63,221 nt of DNA, filler included, from Octopus bimaculoides (GCF_001194135.2; 7 parts of 6 records of this genome joined end to end with filler, not necessarily neighbours in it); one strand, 5' to 3'. Positions 40,297-52,380 are shown, numbered from the whole stretch's first letter. The notes: generated from the sequence alone by a model not told the origin. Made by a program: numbers and translations.

Positions 40297-40470
40297 TATA
40301 TATATATATATTTGTGTGTGTGTCTGCGCGTATGTGTGTGTGTGCGCGTATGTGTGTGCATGCGTGTGCGTGCATGTGTGTATGTGTATAAGCACATACA
40401 CACCCTTCTTCTTCTTCTTCTTCTTTTTCTTCTTCTTCTTCTTCTTCTTCTTCTTCTTCTTCTTCTTCTC

Positions 40471-40528
<58 letters not shown>

Positions 40529-40874
40529 CCTCTCTCTATTTCTCTGTCTTTGTCTGTCTTTTACACTCACGTACACGAGCATACAGATATAAAACATTTA
40601 CCAGGAAACAGTTGGCAGTTCTTTCGCAGTTTCCTCTGTGTAGCCTTCATCAGTGCTGTATGCGATAGATTCGTTTCATAAATATATTACATTACTGAAA
40701 GACATTGAGTGGTCGTCTGCTTCTATGGTTCGTTGTCTTTAGGCATAACGATAAATAAAACAAACACTAACGTCTGTGTATGCGTGCTCGCATATATCTG
40801 CTAGTGTGTATGAGTGTATATATGTGTGTGAGTATATATGTGTATATACGTATATATATATATGTATATATATA

Positions 40875-40963
<89 letters not shown>

Positions 40964-41014
40964 ATATATACATATATATTCGCCATGACGGATCGCTAGC
41001 TGTTTATTTCTGTG

Positions 41015-41100
41015 TTTCTTTCTGTCGAAGAACGGAGGCTCGAAACGTAAAAAGACTTTCTAAGTTCCCGAGCTTTAAACTATTACATCTGTTTGTTGTT
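41015..41100 (+). ncRNA. Hammerhead-like motif, family D copy 2
   Basis: TTT-CTGTCGA-A-GAAC-GGAG-GCTC-GAAAC-GTA-AAA; one stem II mismatch; downstream sequence homologous to copy 1. Confidence 0.45.
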
Positions 41101-41146
41101 AACACAACGTTTCGGCTGATATACCCTCCAGCCTTCATCAGTTGCG
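41100..41146 (-). ncRNA. Minimal type-I hammerhead-like motif with canonical core (family E)
   Basis: Minus strand: GCAA-CTGATGA-A-GGCTG-GAGGGTATAT-CAGCC-GAAAC-GTT-GTGT. Perfect 5-bp stem II, ACGT stem III, GUU site; first stem I pair is A.G. Confidence 0.55.
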
Positions 41147-41232
41147 TATTGGGGGTCGATCTAACAAAATATCGGACCTTGTGCTTAGAGTAGAAAATAA
41201 TATGAGATTCGTACTTACACACACATATAAAT

Positions 41233-41388
41233 ACGACGGGTCTTCAGTTACCGCCTGCTAAATCCACTCACAAGGCTTTGGTCGTCCCGGAGCTCTAGTA
41301 GAAGACACTTGCGCAAAGTGCCACGCAGTCGGACGGACCCGAAACCATGCGGTTGGGAACCAATCTTCTTACGACAAAACCACGCTTG
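41233..41388 (-). mobile_element. SINE family B, 5' half, diverged
   Basis: AAATCCACTCACAAGGCTTTGG...GAAGACACTTGCGCAAAGTGCCACGCAG. Confidence 0.8.
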
Positions 41389-41843
41389 TGTAACTTTATT
41401 TTACCTTGTGTGTCGTATTAAAACGATTGTACAATGACCACAATATAAATTTTCAATTAATTCAAAATATTAACAATTTATGTTTTTATAACTTCTGATT
41501 TAAATCTGACTGTAAGAAATACACAAAAGAGAAGAAATGATATTATATAAGGTTTATGGTGTGTTTTGAACATTATAGATGATGGTAAGTGTTTATAATT
41601 GTCAACGAAAACAAGACGCACCATCACTTAAGCGTACAATATACATAAATGTTTTATAGTGTTGGCTAGTCATTTAGACGGGCAGACAAATAAACAAACT
41701 ATGAAATAGACAGTTAGATAAGTATTTAAAAGATTTTTGAAATATTTAAAATTATATTATTATACTTTCCACTAATAGGTTTTACGATATGAAAGAGTGT
41801 ATATTTCTGTATTGTACACGATTAAACAATTGTACGACACAAA

Positions 41844-41903
<60 letters not shown>

Positions 41904-42280
41904 GTATTTATATATAGAAATAGAAATATATAATATATATACTGAGAAGCTATTAGTGTAAAGTATATTTTATTTATAAAGGAGATATCAAATTCAAACA
42001 AAATGATCACAGATGTATGTAAATTTTTTAAGTAAAGAAATTTTGACGTTCATAGGTTACATAATGCCATATGTAATTGAAAAAATAGGAAAGTAACTGA
42101 AAATAATTACTGCCGAAAGCCAAAACAGTTTTCTGTATTTGTTTTGCATTTTACTGTGTACACAACTTCAGTCGTCTAGTTACGTATAGATTCTTTACAT
42201 GATATTCTGTGAGGCGAGGTAATTTTTGTTTTTCGTTTTGGAGAAGATAATTAGTATACCATTCTATTATTGACAAACAG

Positions 42281-42440
42281 GCATGGCAGTGTAGTAAGAA
42301 GTTTGCTTCCCACCCACATTGTTACGGGTTCAGCCCCACTGCGTGGCACCTTGGGCAAGTGTCTTCTGCTATAGCTTCGGGCCGGCCAAAACCTCGTGAG
42401 CGGATTTGACAAACGGAAACTGAAAGAAGGTCGTCGTATA
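42281..42440 (+). mobile_element. SINE family B, 5' half
   Basis: GGCATGGCAGTGTAGTAAG...GGGTTCAGCCCCACTGCGTGGCACCTTGGGCAAGTGTCTTC. Confidence 0.85.
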
Positions 42441-42444
42441 TATA

Positions 42445-42630
42445 CGAGTGGTACTGAAAATTTCCTGGCTTTGAGTAGAATAAAATATAGGAGGATCAGT
42501 TAATTATGCGCTTATTCAACACATTCCTCTCTCAGATTCACACACTTATTGCAGCGGTTCTTCAGTTTTTTTTAAGCCTTGTATAAGAACTTGGAAGGTT
42601 GTGGGCATTCAATTAGGCCTTTCACGATAT
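42445..42630. mobile_element. Mariner-type MITE fragment (TA-CGAG terminus), one end only
   Basis: Starts TA|CGAGTGGTACTGAAAATTTCCTGG inside the SINE (TA)n; no matching right TIR seen; family from recall. Confidence 0.45.
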
Positions 42631-43618
42631 CTGTAATCTATTTATATGTATGTATGTAGTACGTACGTACGTATGTATGTATGTATGTATGTATGTATGT
42701 ATGTATGTATGTATGTATATATGTATGCATGTATGCATGCATGCATATATGTATGCATGTATGTATGTACGTATGTATGTATGCATATATATATATGCAT
42801 ACATTGGAATTTTAACATCAGCAGGGTACTTTTGTTATGCATGTATGTATGTATACGACTAGATTTTTATGTTTTGTTTTATGTATGTTTATAAGTATGT
42901 ATGTAATGCCTAGAAAATATTTTAAGATTTAGTTTGTCAAGATTTATATCATAGCGATATTGTGCTAGACTGCACAACATGGTGTCGATTACAAATCACA
43001 AAGAAACAAATTATTTAGTCTCATGTCTTACTTTCGACGCCATCATCCAACGATATTCATCAATTAATACGCACCGGAAAACAGAATCACATACCTCTTC
43101 AGCAATAAGAAGAAAACAATAAAAAATTTCTTTATAAATGAAAAATCCAATTTGACGCAATATATATAGAATGTGACAATGTCGGCATTGAGTCAATAAC
43201 AATTAGTCTGAGACACTGACCGGAAGTTCTAGAATAGCTTATGTGATTTCCGGCTAGCCAGAAAAGACACGTTGCTTTGTTTGATTATTCGTGTTAACTT
43301 AAAGCAATTGTCTATCAACTAAATACCGAACTCGTCATGTACACGTCCAGATATTTTTACCCGATAAAAATGCGTAATTTTGTTTTCTAATTTGCTGACT
43401 GATAATTTAAACGTTCGTTCGACTTTATTACTATGATGGGAAAATGCGGACTGTTTACACTGTCGTTGCCCAGATTAACTTTCAATCGCTCAGGCACAAA
43501 TGAATAAATATTCTATAGGACATACCGCCAAATACATATGAATATTTTATATATGTATGTATGTATTTGTGTGTGTGTGTGTGTGTGTACATATATGAAT
43601 ATGGATATAGATAGATAC

Positions 43619-43654
<36 letters not shown>

Positions 43655-45697
43655 NNNNNNNNNNNNNNNNNNNNNNNNNNNNNNNNNNNNNNNNNNNNNN
43701 NNNNNNNNNNNNNNNNNNNNNNNNNNNNNNNNNNNNNNNNNNNNNNNNNNNNNNNNNNNNNNNNNNNNNNNNNNNNNNNNNNNNNNNNNNNNNNNNNNNN
43801 NNNNNNNNNNNNNNNNNNNNNNNNNNNNNNNNNNNNNNNNNNNNNNNNNNNNNNNNNNNNNNNNNNNNNNNNNNNNNNNNNNNNNNNNNNNNNNNNNNNN
43901 NNNNNNNNNNNNNNNNNNNNNNNNNNNNNNNNNNNNNNNNNNNNNNNNNNNNNNNNNNNNNNNNNNNNNNNNNNNNNNNNNNNNNNNNNNNNNNNNNNNN
44001 NNNNNNNNNNNNNNNNNNNNNNNNNNNNNNNNNNNNNNNNNNNNNNNNNNNNNNNNNNNNNNNNNNNNNNNNNNNNNNNNNNNNNNNNNNNNNNGCGAAG
44101 AAAAAGAGCGCGGTAAAGCGAGATTGAAAAGTTTGAATAACATAATAAATAACACAAATGTCTTCAGAGACAAGACAAAAAATAAATAAATAAATAAATA
44201 AAAACAGTCAACGAGGAATGAGGGAGACACGTCAGAAGATCACTGACAAAAAATATTAAAAACAAATTAAATCAATCATCATAACTAGTATGAGAAAGTG
44301 ACGAAATATAAAATATACAGCGATAAATTAAAAAAAAAAAACACATGAACACAGAAAAAGAATTATCAGCTGTGAAAAACTAAGACAGGGAAAAAACGTA
44401 CGCATCTCATGCAGCTAACTACGTATGTAGATGACTTTAGGAAGAAATACATGTCGGTTAAAAAATTGCACACAAAATGCTGTAGTATTAAAATACAAAT
44501 GAAAATCTACATCATATATCATTGAATATCTGACGAGAGAAAGTAGAATAAAAACTAGATGGCTAAGTGAGACAATTTAATGATAAAAAAAATATCAAAT
44601 AAATATTTTCCCTCGATAATAACAGCGTGTTTACGTATGGCAGTCAAAACGGTCCAGTTAAAAGGAGACAAGACAGCAATTTAATCATTTACTAGAAATG
44701 ATTTATAACTTAATAAAAACATAAAAACAAAACATAAAACACACAAGAAAACAACATTCCATTAGTTTCTTTCACATCTAATCATAAGCTATAATGATCC
44801 ACAAGTAGGTGCATATATGTGTGTGTGTGTTTCGATGTTTTATATATGTATATATATATGTATATTATGCATAAACTCATAAAAAATATATACACACACT
44901 TATATATACATGTCTCTATCAATCGATTAGTATACATATATATATATATATATATTATATACACCTATATGTCTATCTATCTCTATAGCTATCTATATAC
45001 ATTTATATATATGTGTGAGTGTGTGTGCGCGTGTGTACGTGTGTATGTGTGTATATATGTATAAACGCATATAAGTGTGGATTATTATAATTTATAATTT
45101 TGCGCAGAAGAGATGAAAGATTTTGTAGTAGATTTGAATAGTCAATGCATCTTACTTTCTCGAATTCTAAAAATGATGGGAAAAGACAAAAACAAAAACT
45201 AAAATAGAAGAAAAAAGAAAGGGAGAGAAAGACAAAGGATATGTACAAGGATTGAATACAGCAAACTTTCTCTGATCAATTACTTTTCAGATAAAAATAT
45301 AATACAAATTATAGCTTCAAGTTGTGGAGAGAAAATAAATCCGAAGGTTATAATGAGAATGTCAAGAAATGCTCTAACAAATACAAGGAGAGATATCTTT
45401 AAAAAGGAAAAAAAAAAGAAAAAGAAAAAAGAAAACAAGCAAGAAATAAGTGACAGTCAGAAGTAGATGAATAACTTTCAGTGTAGAAATCCAGAAAAGA
45501 GTAATGGAGGATCCTCAGCGCACGATGAATACGTCAGCCAGGAAAAAAAAAAAATTCAGAAACTACAATAAAAATTAAGCAGAATTTACAAACACACCTG
45601 AAACTTTAACCACTGAAATCAATTCAATGCACCGACCAACGAAGGCATCTCTAAGTGGGAGCTGGCCTCATATAGATAGCAAGCGTAATATTAATGA

Positions 45698-45857
45698 TAA
45701 TGGTTTCAAATTTTGGAACAAAGCCGGCAAGTTCGGAAGAGAGGGCTAGTCGATTACATTAACCCCTGTATTCAACTGGTACTTATTTTATCGGCCACGA
45801 AATGCTAAAAGGCAAAGTGGGCCACGGCAGAATTTGAACTCAGAAACGTAAAAGGAC
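45698..45857 (-). mobile_element. SINE family A, 5'-truncated
   Basis: GGTTTCAAATTTTGG...CAACTGGTACTTATTTTATCGG...GCAGAATTTGAACTCAGAA. Confidence 0.85.
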
Positions 45858-46332
45858 TGTAAAAAAGTTTGCTCAGCTTACTGTTTTAGTTTTGAGCAGA
45901 AGTATTAAAACTATTATTTAAACGGAGAACTAAAAAGAAACACACAAACACACACACACACACACACAAACACGCACAGACACAGACNNNNNNNNNNNNN
46001 NNNNNNNNNNNNNNNNNNNNNNNNNNNNNNNNNNNNNNNNNNNNNNNNNNNNNNNNNNNNNNNNNNNNNNNNNNNNNNNNNNNNNNNNNNNNNNNNNNNN
46101 NNNNNNNNNNNNNNNNNNNNNNNNNNNNNNNNNNNNNNNNNNNNNNNNNNNNNNNNNNNNNNNNNNNNNNNNNNNNNNNNNNNNNNNNNNNNNNNNNNNN
46201 NNNNNNNNNNNNNNNNNNNNNNNNNNNNNNNNNNNNNNNNNNNNNNNNNNNNNNNNNNNNNNNNNNNNNNNNNNNNNNNNNNNNNNNNNNNNNNNNNNNN
46301 NNNNNNNNNNNNNNNNNNNNNNNNNNNNNNNN

Positions 46333-46410
<78 letters not shown>

Positions 46411-46983
46411 AGGAGGAAAAAAGTGAGGAGTAAAGAGACAAATAGATAGACAGAAACCATAGAGTGAGCTAACGAATGGGTCCCAGTGATGATCTTTAAA
46501 CTCTCTCACACGCACACAATTACACACACGTACATAAAATCACAAAAACCGAACACTCAATGTAATAAATATTATTTTATAGCGTGTTAACCTGCATTTA
46601 CACCTATTTCTTTCGTTTTAGCTTCACTTAGCTTGTTGCTAATTTTTCTCACTCTCAATCATCTACTAAACGCCGTTTGGCGTCATAATTACTCTTACCT
46701 ATGTATTCTGACAAGTCACGAAGGTCTTTCGGTAATTTCATTTTTAAAACAAACGACTCTGCGGCGAGTAGCGCTGAGAGAATTGCTGAGTTCTTCTTAT
46801 CAACTTCACATCAATTTCAACAAACATTTATTCACGCAAATACGGACGTATTTGACTACGACTCCGTCATACATTCTAACGTCAGCAAAGTGAACATTTC
46901 ATGCCTCAGAGAGCAACCCAGCCGATGCTCTCTAGTTTATGGTTCAGTATCATAGTCACTCACACTGTTGTTGGAATAATTAT

Positions 46984-47083
46984 NNNNNNNNNNNNNNNNN
47001 NNNNNNNNNNNNNNNNNNNNNNNNNNNTTAATTAATTAANNNNNNNNNNNNNNNNNNNNNNNNNNNNNNNNNNNNNNNNNNNN
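46984..47083. other. Artificial scaffold-join spacer
   Basis: 44 N + TTAATTAATTAA + 44 N. Confidence 0.95.
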
Positions 47084-47845
47084 AGAGAAGACTGTGTCCT
47101 ACTGACGAGGTCAAACATGCCAAAAGGTTTAAATCAAATCGAGAAATTTAGTTATGATTTCTTGAAAATCTCTCCTCCTTTTCTTGAGAGTCGCTAACAA
47201 TTGCCGCTAAGATTTTCTTTCCCGCTCAAAAACAATCACTTATTTATTGTGTATGGCGTTTTGTACACCACTCATTTATCAAATTGTGTATACGTGAGGG
47301 CATGCTGGCGTGTGTGCGCGTGTGTGTTTGTGGACAGACAGACAGACAGACAGACAGAGAAATAGATAGATAGATAGATAGATAGATATGCGATTAATAA
47401 TATATTCAAGAGTTTGACCATTCTTTGGTTTTACATCAGCGGATTATAATTTTCAATGATGACAAAATAATTACCCAGAATATCTGGTGTCTGTTAACAG
47501 CAGCTTACCAACGAGAATTTCTTTGAAATTCTGGGTGGTAAATAGAAGAATGTAGCTTATGGGACATGAACATCTATTCTAGCACTTTATACAGTAGTAT
47601 ACACTCGCACGAGCATGCTGTAAAAGCATGCTCGTGAGGATGTTTCTGTGCGTGGGCGTTAAGGTAGTTAAGTAATAAATAACAACAGACATTTGCAAAT
47701 GAAAGATCTCGATAGTTGCAGCAGAGACAAATTTATTCTGTAAATTTGACTTAAGTTTTCGAGTTTTGCCTCTCGCGACTTATTACGCATGCGCACGTAT
47801 GCACGTATGCATGTGTCTCTATGCCTAAGTGAGCATATATATATA

Positions 47846-48056
47846 CAGGGTGCCTACAAAGTCTGAGTACATGGGATTAACAAATACTTTAAGAAATTAT
47901 TGTTTCTCATATTTAATTGTTTATGTTGTGATTTTATTTACTCCATGTACCCACATGGGGATTAACACATACTTTAAGAAATTATTACTTCTTATATTTA
48001 ATTGTTTATGTTATGATTTTATTTACTCCATATACCCAGACTTTGTGGACACCCTG
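47846..48056. mobile_element. TA-flanked Tc1/mariner MITE (CAGGGTG termini) with internal 84-bp tandem duplication
   Basis: Left CAGGGTGCCTACAAAGTCTGAGTACATG versus right (reverse complement) CAGGGTGTCCACAAAGTCTGGGTATATG; TA flanks; duplicated units start at 47870 and 47954. Confidence 0.9.
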
Positions 48057-48059
48057 TAG

Positions 48060-48103
<44 letters not shown>

Positions 48104-48142
48104 TTATATATAGATACATACACTCACATGTATGTATGTATA

Positions 48143-49403
48143 CAGGGTGCATGTTTTTTTTTGGTGGGGGGGTTAGGACACTTCTTTTAAGAGCTCTAAC
48201 TTTCTTCTATTTTTACTTTTCTTTTTATCCTTACCTTTCAGTTAAATAATGTCAGATATCATGTTCAATCTGCAAATGGAAAGGTACGCTGGAATCGTTG
48301 CCTTAAAAGCACACCATAGTAAAACAGAGGCAGCCCACTTCCTGATAGCTGGCTTCCCCTTTTGATGTCAAAGTTCGAAAGGAGCTGTAAGCTGCTGACA
48401 AGAATCCACCATTAGCAGCTAAACGCAAAACGCATGCACAGGCTCTTAATACCATGAGGATACATAACTTTGTGCAAACAGTCCAAGATATAATCGATAA
48501 AAAAAAAACACCCAGAAAGTCAATCAAAGCCATTGCGAAGAATCTCAGGTTTTCAAAATGCACTCTCAGAAGAGGTGCGCATGAGGAAATCCAGTTCGAG
48601 TTGTATATGATCCGGAGGGGTTAGTTTATGTCGAATATGGCAAGAGAGAATCGTTCGATCCGTGTAAAGCGTTTGCTGAACAAGTTAAAACATCAAGATG
48701 CTTTAGTTTTTCTCTGATGAGAAAACTTCGATCAGGACCAAAAGGTAAACCGAAGGAACGACAGATGGTTATGCAGAGACCGGAATAAGGTTCCGACAAT
48801 CATGCATACTAAGTTCCCAACAGCTGTAATGGTTCTGAGAGTCGTCAGCAACGGGGTAGATGTCATGCCTCTTCACTTGTTTTCACATGGCTTAAGAATC
48901 AATGCCACTATATACACAGATGTGTTGGATAAAGTTGTGAGGCTCTGAATTGACAGATTACACAATGGAATTTGTATGTCTTCAAACAAGACTGCACCGT
49001 TTCATAAGGCTAGAACAACCCAAGCGTGGATGTGTGGCAATCTCCATGATCGTGATCTCTCAGACATATAGCCTCCTAGTTCATCACACCTCAATCCACT
49101 GGACTATTACGTATGGGGCGTAGTTGAGAAAGAGGTCAATCAAGATCCCCATAACTCTATACAATCTCCCAAGTACGCTATAATCAGCACTATGTCCAAA
49201 ATTGATAAAGATCATCTGATTCGAACTTATCAATGTTTCCGACCCCGTACTGAAACAATAATTGATGCTGACGATGGACTCATTGAATAGGTTTTGACAA
49301 AAACATTGTCAAGGTTATTTGTATTCAAATACACCTTTTCTTTGATGAGCTATGCGTCTTTTTTCTAAATTCAAAAAATGACCTAAAAAACTGACGCACC
49401 ATG
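48143..49403 (+). mobile_element. Decayed full-length DD37D (maT) Tc1/mariner transposon, ~1.26 kb
   Basis: TA|CAGGGTGC left end and GCACCATG|TA right end (degenerate TIRs) enclose a transposase pseudogene. Confidence 0.85.
48249..49290 (+). pseudogene. maT/DD37D transposase pseudogene
   Basis: FSDEK (~48716), FDQDQKVNRRNDRW, KFPTAVMV, FKQD-APFH (D at 48990), PPSSSHLNPLDYYVWG (D at 49102). The 109 nt between D2 and D3 equal 37 codons after restoring a 2-nt deletion. Several stops and frameshifts. Confidence 0.9.
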
Positions 49404-49844
49404 TAGCTGTGTGATAAGATGCTTGCTTCGCAATATCCCAAACATATGGTTCTGGGTTCAGTCCCACTGCGTGGCACTTTGGACAATTGTTTTCTACAAT
49501 AGCCTCGGGCTACCAAGTGTGGATTTGGTAGACAGTAACAGAAAGAAGCGTCTTATATANNNNNNNNNNNNNNNNNNNNNNNNNNNNNNNNNNNNNNNNN
49601 NNNNNNNNNNNNNNNNNNNNNNNNNNNNNNNNNNNNNNNNNNNNNNNNNNNNNNNNNNNNNNNNNNNNNNNNATATATACTTTATTTAAAAGCAGCAGAA
49701 ATATAACAAAAAAACCGTTACTCTGAGTTTCACGTTCCCGTTCATCGGACAGTTTTGTTAGATTTTAAATAAAGCATATTACTCTACCTCTGGTATTTGA
49801 GTACTCTTTTTTCCACCTTGTTGCACATTTCATGTGCTTACTCC

Positions 49845-49884
<40 letters not shown>

Positions 49885-50050
49885 ACGTTTGTGTTTGTAT
49901 TTGTCCCCCATCCCATTGCTTGACAATCGGTGTTCGTTTGTTTTCCTCCTCGTAATTTAGTAGTTCGGCATTATAATAAGTATTACGCTTTCAAAAATAG
50001 AACTCTTCATGGCTGCAGTTCAATGACAGAAACAGGTAAAAGATAAAAGG
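49404..50050 (+). mobile_element. SINE family B split by internal microsatellite and gap
   Basis: Head begins right after the transposon TA; 3' half resumes at ~49880 (TTTGTCCCCCATCCCATTGCTTGACAATCGGTG). Confidence 0.75.
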
Positions 50051-50483
50051 TAGAAGACAAAAATTCATTATTCTTGATAACCGTTTCAGCTGCAAACGCA
50101 TGGTGTGCATCGGTTCAAGCCATGATGTCAACTGAAATGAAAAAAATGCAATAAAATATTAGCAACATTAAGACATCGTTATCACCGGCCAAACCAATGG
50201 TCCTGAGAGCAATGCACATGATGTATACAATAGGGCCACGCACATGGCTGTGTAATATGTAGGAGGTTTATTTTTTTTCTGTGACGCTCTATGTATGTAC
50301 GTGTGTGTTTATGTGCGTGTGTATATATATTTATATGTATGTATGTATATATGTAAGTATGAAGGAAGGTATGCATACATGTGTCTCTTTATATATGTCA
50401 ATATATATTTAAACTTATCTCTATCTTTTACATGTTTCAGTCATTAGACTGTGGCGATGCTGGGGATTAACTATATATATATA

Positions 50484-50526
<43 letters not shown>

Positions 50527-50626
50527 NNNNNNNNNNNNNNNNNNNNNNNNNNNNNNNNNNNNNNNNNNNNTTAATTAATTAANNNNNNNNNNNNNNNNNN
50601 NNNNNNNNNNNNNNNNNNNNNNNNNN
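50527..50626. other. Artificial scaffold-join spacer
   Basis: 44 N + TTAATTAATTAA + 44 N. Confidence 0.95.
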
Positions 50627-50659
<33 letters not shown>

Positions 50660-50667
50660 ATGTATCC

Positions 50668-50820
50668 ACGTCTTTAAGTTCTGTGTTGGTATTTCTCCGA
50701 TTTTGACTTTACCATTCATTCTTTCGCAGTCGATGAAATAATTATCGGTTACGCATTGAGGATCGAGGTAACCGACAAGTTTTAGCCTTTTCCGCAAAAT
50801 TTCAGGCCTTATATCTAGAG
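50668..50820 (+). mobile_element. SINE family A, old and diverged
   Basis: TTTGACTTTACCATTCATTCTTTCGCAGTCGATGAAATAA...AAAATTTCAGGCCTT. Confidence 0.7.
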
Positions 50821-51305
50821 TATCAACAATTAAAAGTAAGAAAACTATCTAAATTAACATCTTCCATCAACATTTTAACCGCTAGAATATGCATGTTCAC
50901 TGAACATAGAACGTAAACCGATTTTTGTCCAACGCGATAACGATTCGGCCATTTTACCGCCTGCAAATTAATCTCTATGATATACGTTTTTCAATTAAAA
51001 TCTCTCACACGGCTCCTTTGCTTTGATTTACTTACACGTTATCAATTACATATCATGCACAGATTTAAATCTACTTCCATTGTGGACAATTTAGTCGTTT
51101 TATGTATATATAGACCAGCGTACTGTTTGATTTGTGGTAGGCTATAAAACCCGACGAATGTGCAAATGATCAAACGCTTGTGTTTATCAGATCTGTAATA
51201 AAACATCCAGATAGGGATGGAGATTACATGGCTGAAACCGTTTTATTATATAAGCGGTAGCGATGTATTATCCGAATATGATTTGTGCAGTTGGAGAAAC
51301 GGAAT

Positions 51306-51336
51306 GGGTGGGATGGGGGTGGGGTGGGGGTGTGGG
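51306..51336 (+). other. Potential G-quadruplex
   Basis: GGG-T-GGG-AT-GGGGG-T-GGGG-T-GGGGG-TGT-GGG: six G-tracts with 1-3 nt loops. Confidence 0.6.
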
Positions 51337-51588
51337 CGTTATANNNNNNNNNNNNNNNNNNNNNNNNNNNNNNNNNNNNNNNNNNNNNNNNNNNNNNNNN
51401 NNNNNNNNNNNNNNNNNNNNNNNNNNNNNNNNNNNNNNNNNNNNNNNNNNNNNNNNNNNNNNNNNNNNNNNNNNNNNNNNNNNNNNNNNNNNNNNNNNNN
51501 NNNNNNNNNNNNNNNNNNNNNNNNNNNNNNNNNNNNNNNNNNNNNNNNNNNNNNNNNNNNNNNNNNNNNNNNNNNNNNNNNNNTGTGT

Positions 51589-51945
51589 AGGCGCAGGCGT
51601 GACTGTGTGGTATGGAACTTGCTTCCCAACCACATGGTTTCGGTCTCAGTCCCACAGCGTGGCACCTCGGGCAAGTGACTTCTACCGAAGCCTCGGGTTT
51701 ACCAAATCTTTGTGAGTTGGTTTGGTAGATGGAAACTGAAAGAAGCATCTCGTGTATATATATATATATATATATACACGCATATATGTATTAATGTATT
51801 TATGTATGTATGTATGTATGTGTGTATGCGTGTATGTATAATAGATGCTTAGGTAGTTATGTAGGTACGTGCGTGTGTTGTGTCCGTGTTTGCATCCCAG
51901 TTTGGCCACAGTCTAATGACTGAAGCAAGTTAAAGAAAATAGAAA
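51589..51945 (+). mobile_element. SINE family B with internal microsatellite
   Basis: AGGCGCAGGCGTGACTGTGTGG...GGCACCTCGGGCAAGTGACTTC; the latter closely resembles CORE CCTTGGGCAAGTCACTT. Confidence 0.85.
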
Positions 51946-51964
51946 AAAATTAATAACTCGGTTA

Positions 51965-52190
51965 CAATATCGCACTCACGACCACAAGAACGTGGTTTCG
52001 ATTCTTAGGAGCAGGCGGTGCATCGATCGCGAGCAAAATATTTGCCCAGTCCACTCGGCTGTAAATGAGTAAACCTATGGCAGATTGGCCTCCATTCGAA
52101 GGAATGAATGCAGTGATCTCGGACACTAATATGCCATGGAAATTGGGTAACTGGCCCTTGTGAGTCCTAAGACCTCCGAAACAATAATGC
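51965..52190 (+). mobile_element. Diverged tRNA-derived SINE (other family)
   Basis: GCACTCACGACCACAAGAACGTGGTTTCGATTC head; CCAGTCCACTCGGCTGTAAATGAGTA core. Confidence 0.5.
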
Positions 52191-52199
52191 CCAGGAATT

Positions 52200-52380
52200 G
52201 ATGAAGGTCGTGATGATGATGATGATGATGATGATGACAATGACGACAGTAATGACAACAATGGTGATGATGGTCACCATAGTGACCATGATCATGAGCA
52301 TAATGATGAAGATAATGATAATGGTCATGATGATCATCATCATGACGAAGACGATGACGACGATGATTATGATGATGATG
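52200..52380. repeat. Degenerate (GAT)n array
   Basis: Visible; source of poly-Met and poly-Ile ORFs. Confidence 0.9.

Noticed and set aside
46701-46955. 84-aa plus-strand ORF
   Set aside because: No recognisable domain; overlaps the better minus-strand exon candidate.
47100-47125. CTGACGAG motif (also 44533)
   Set aside because: No stem II plus GAAA geometry; not a hammerhead.
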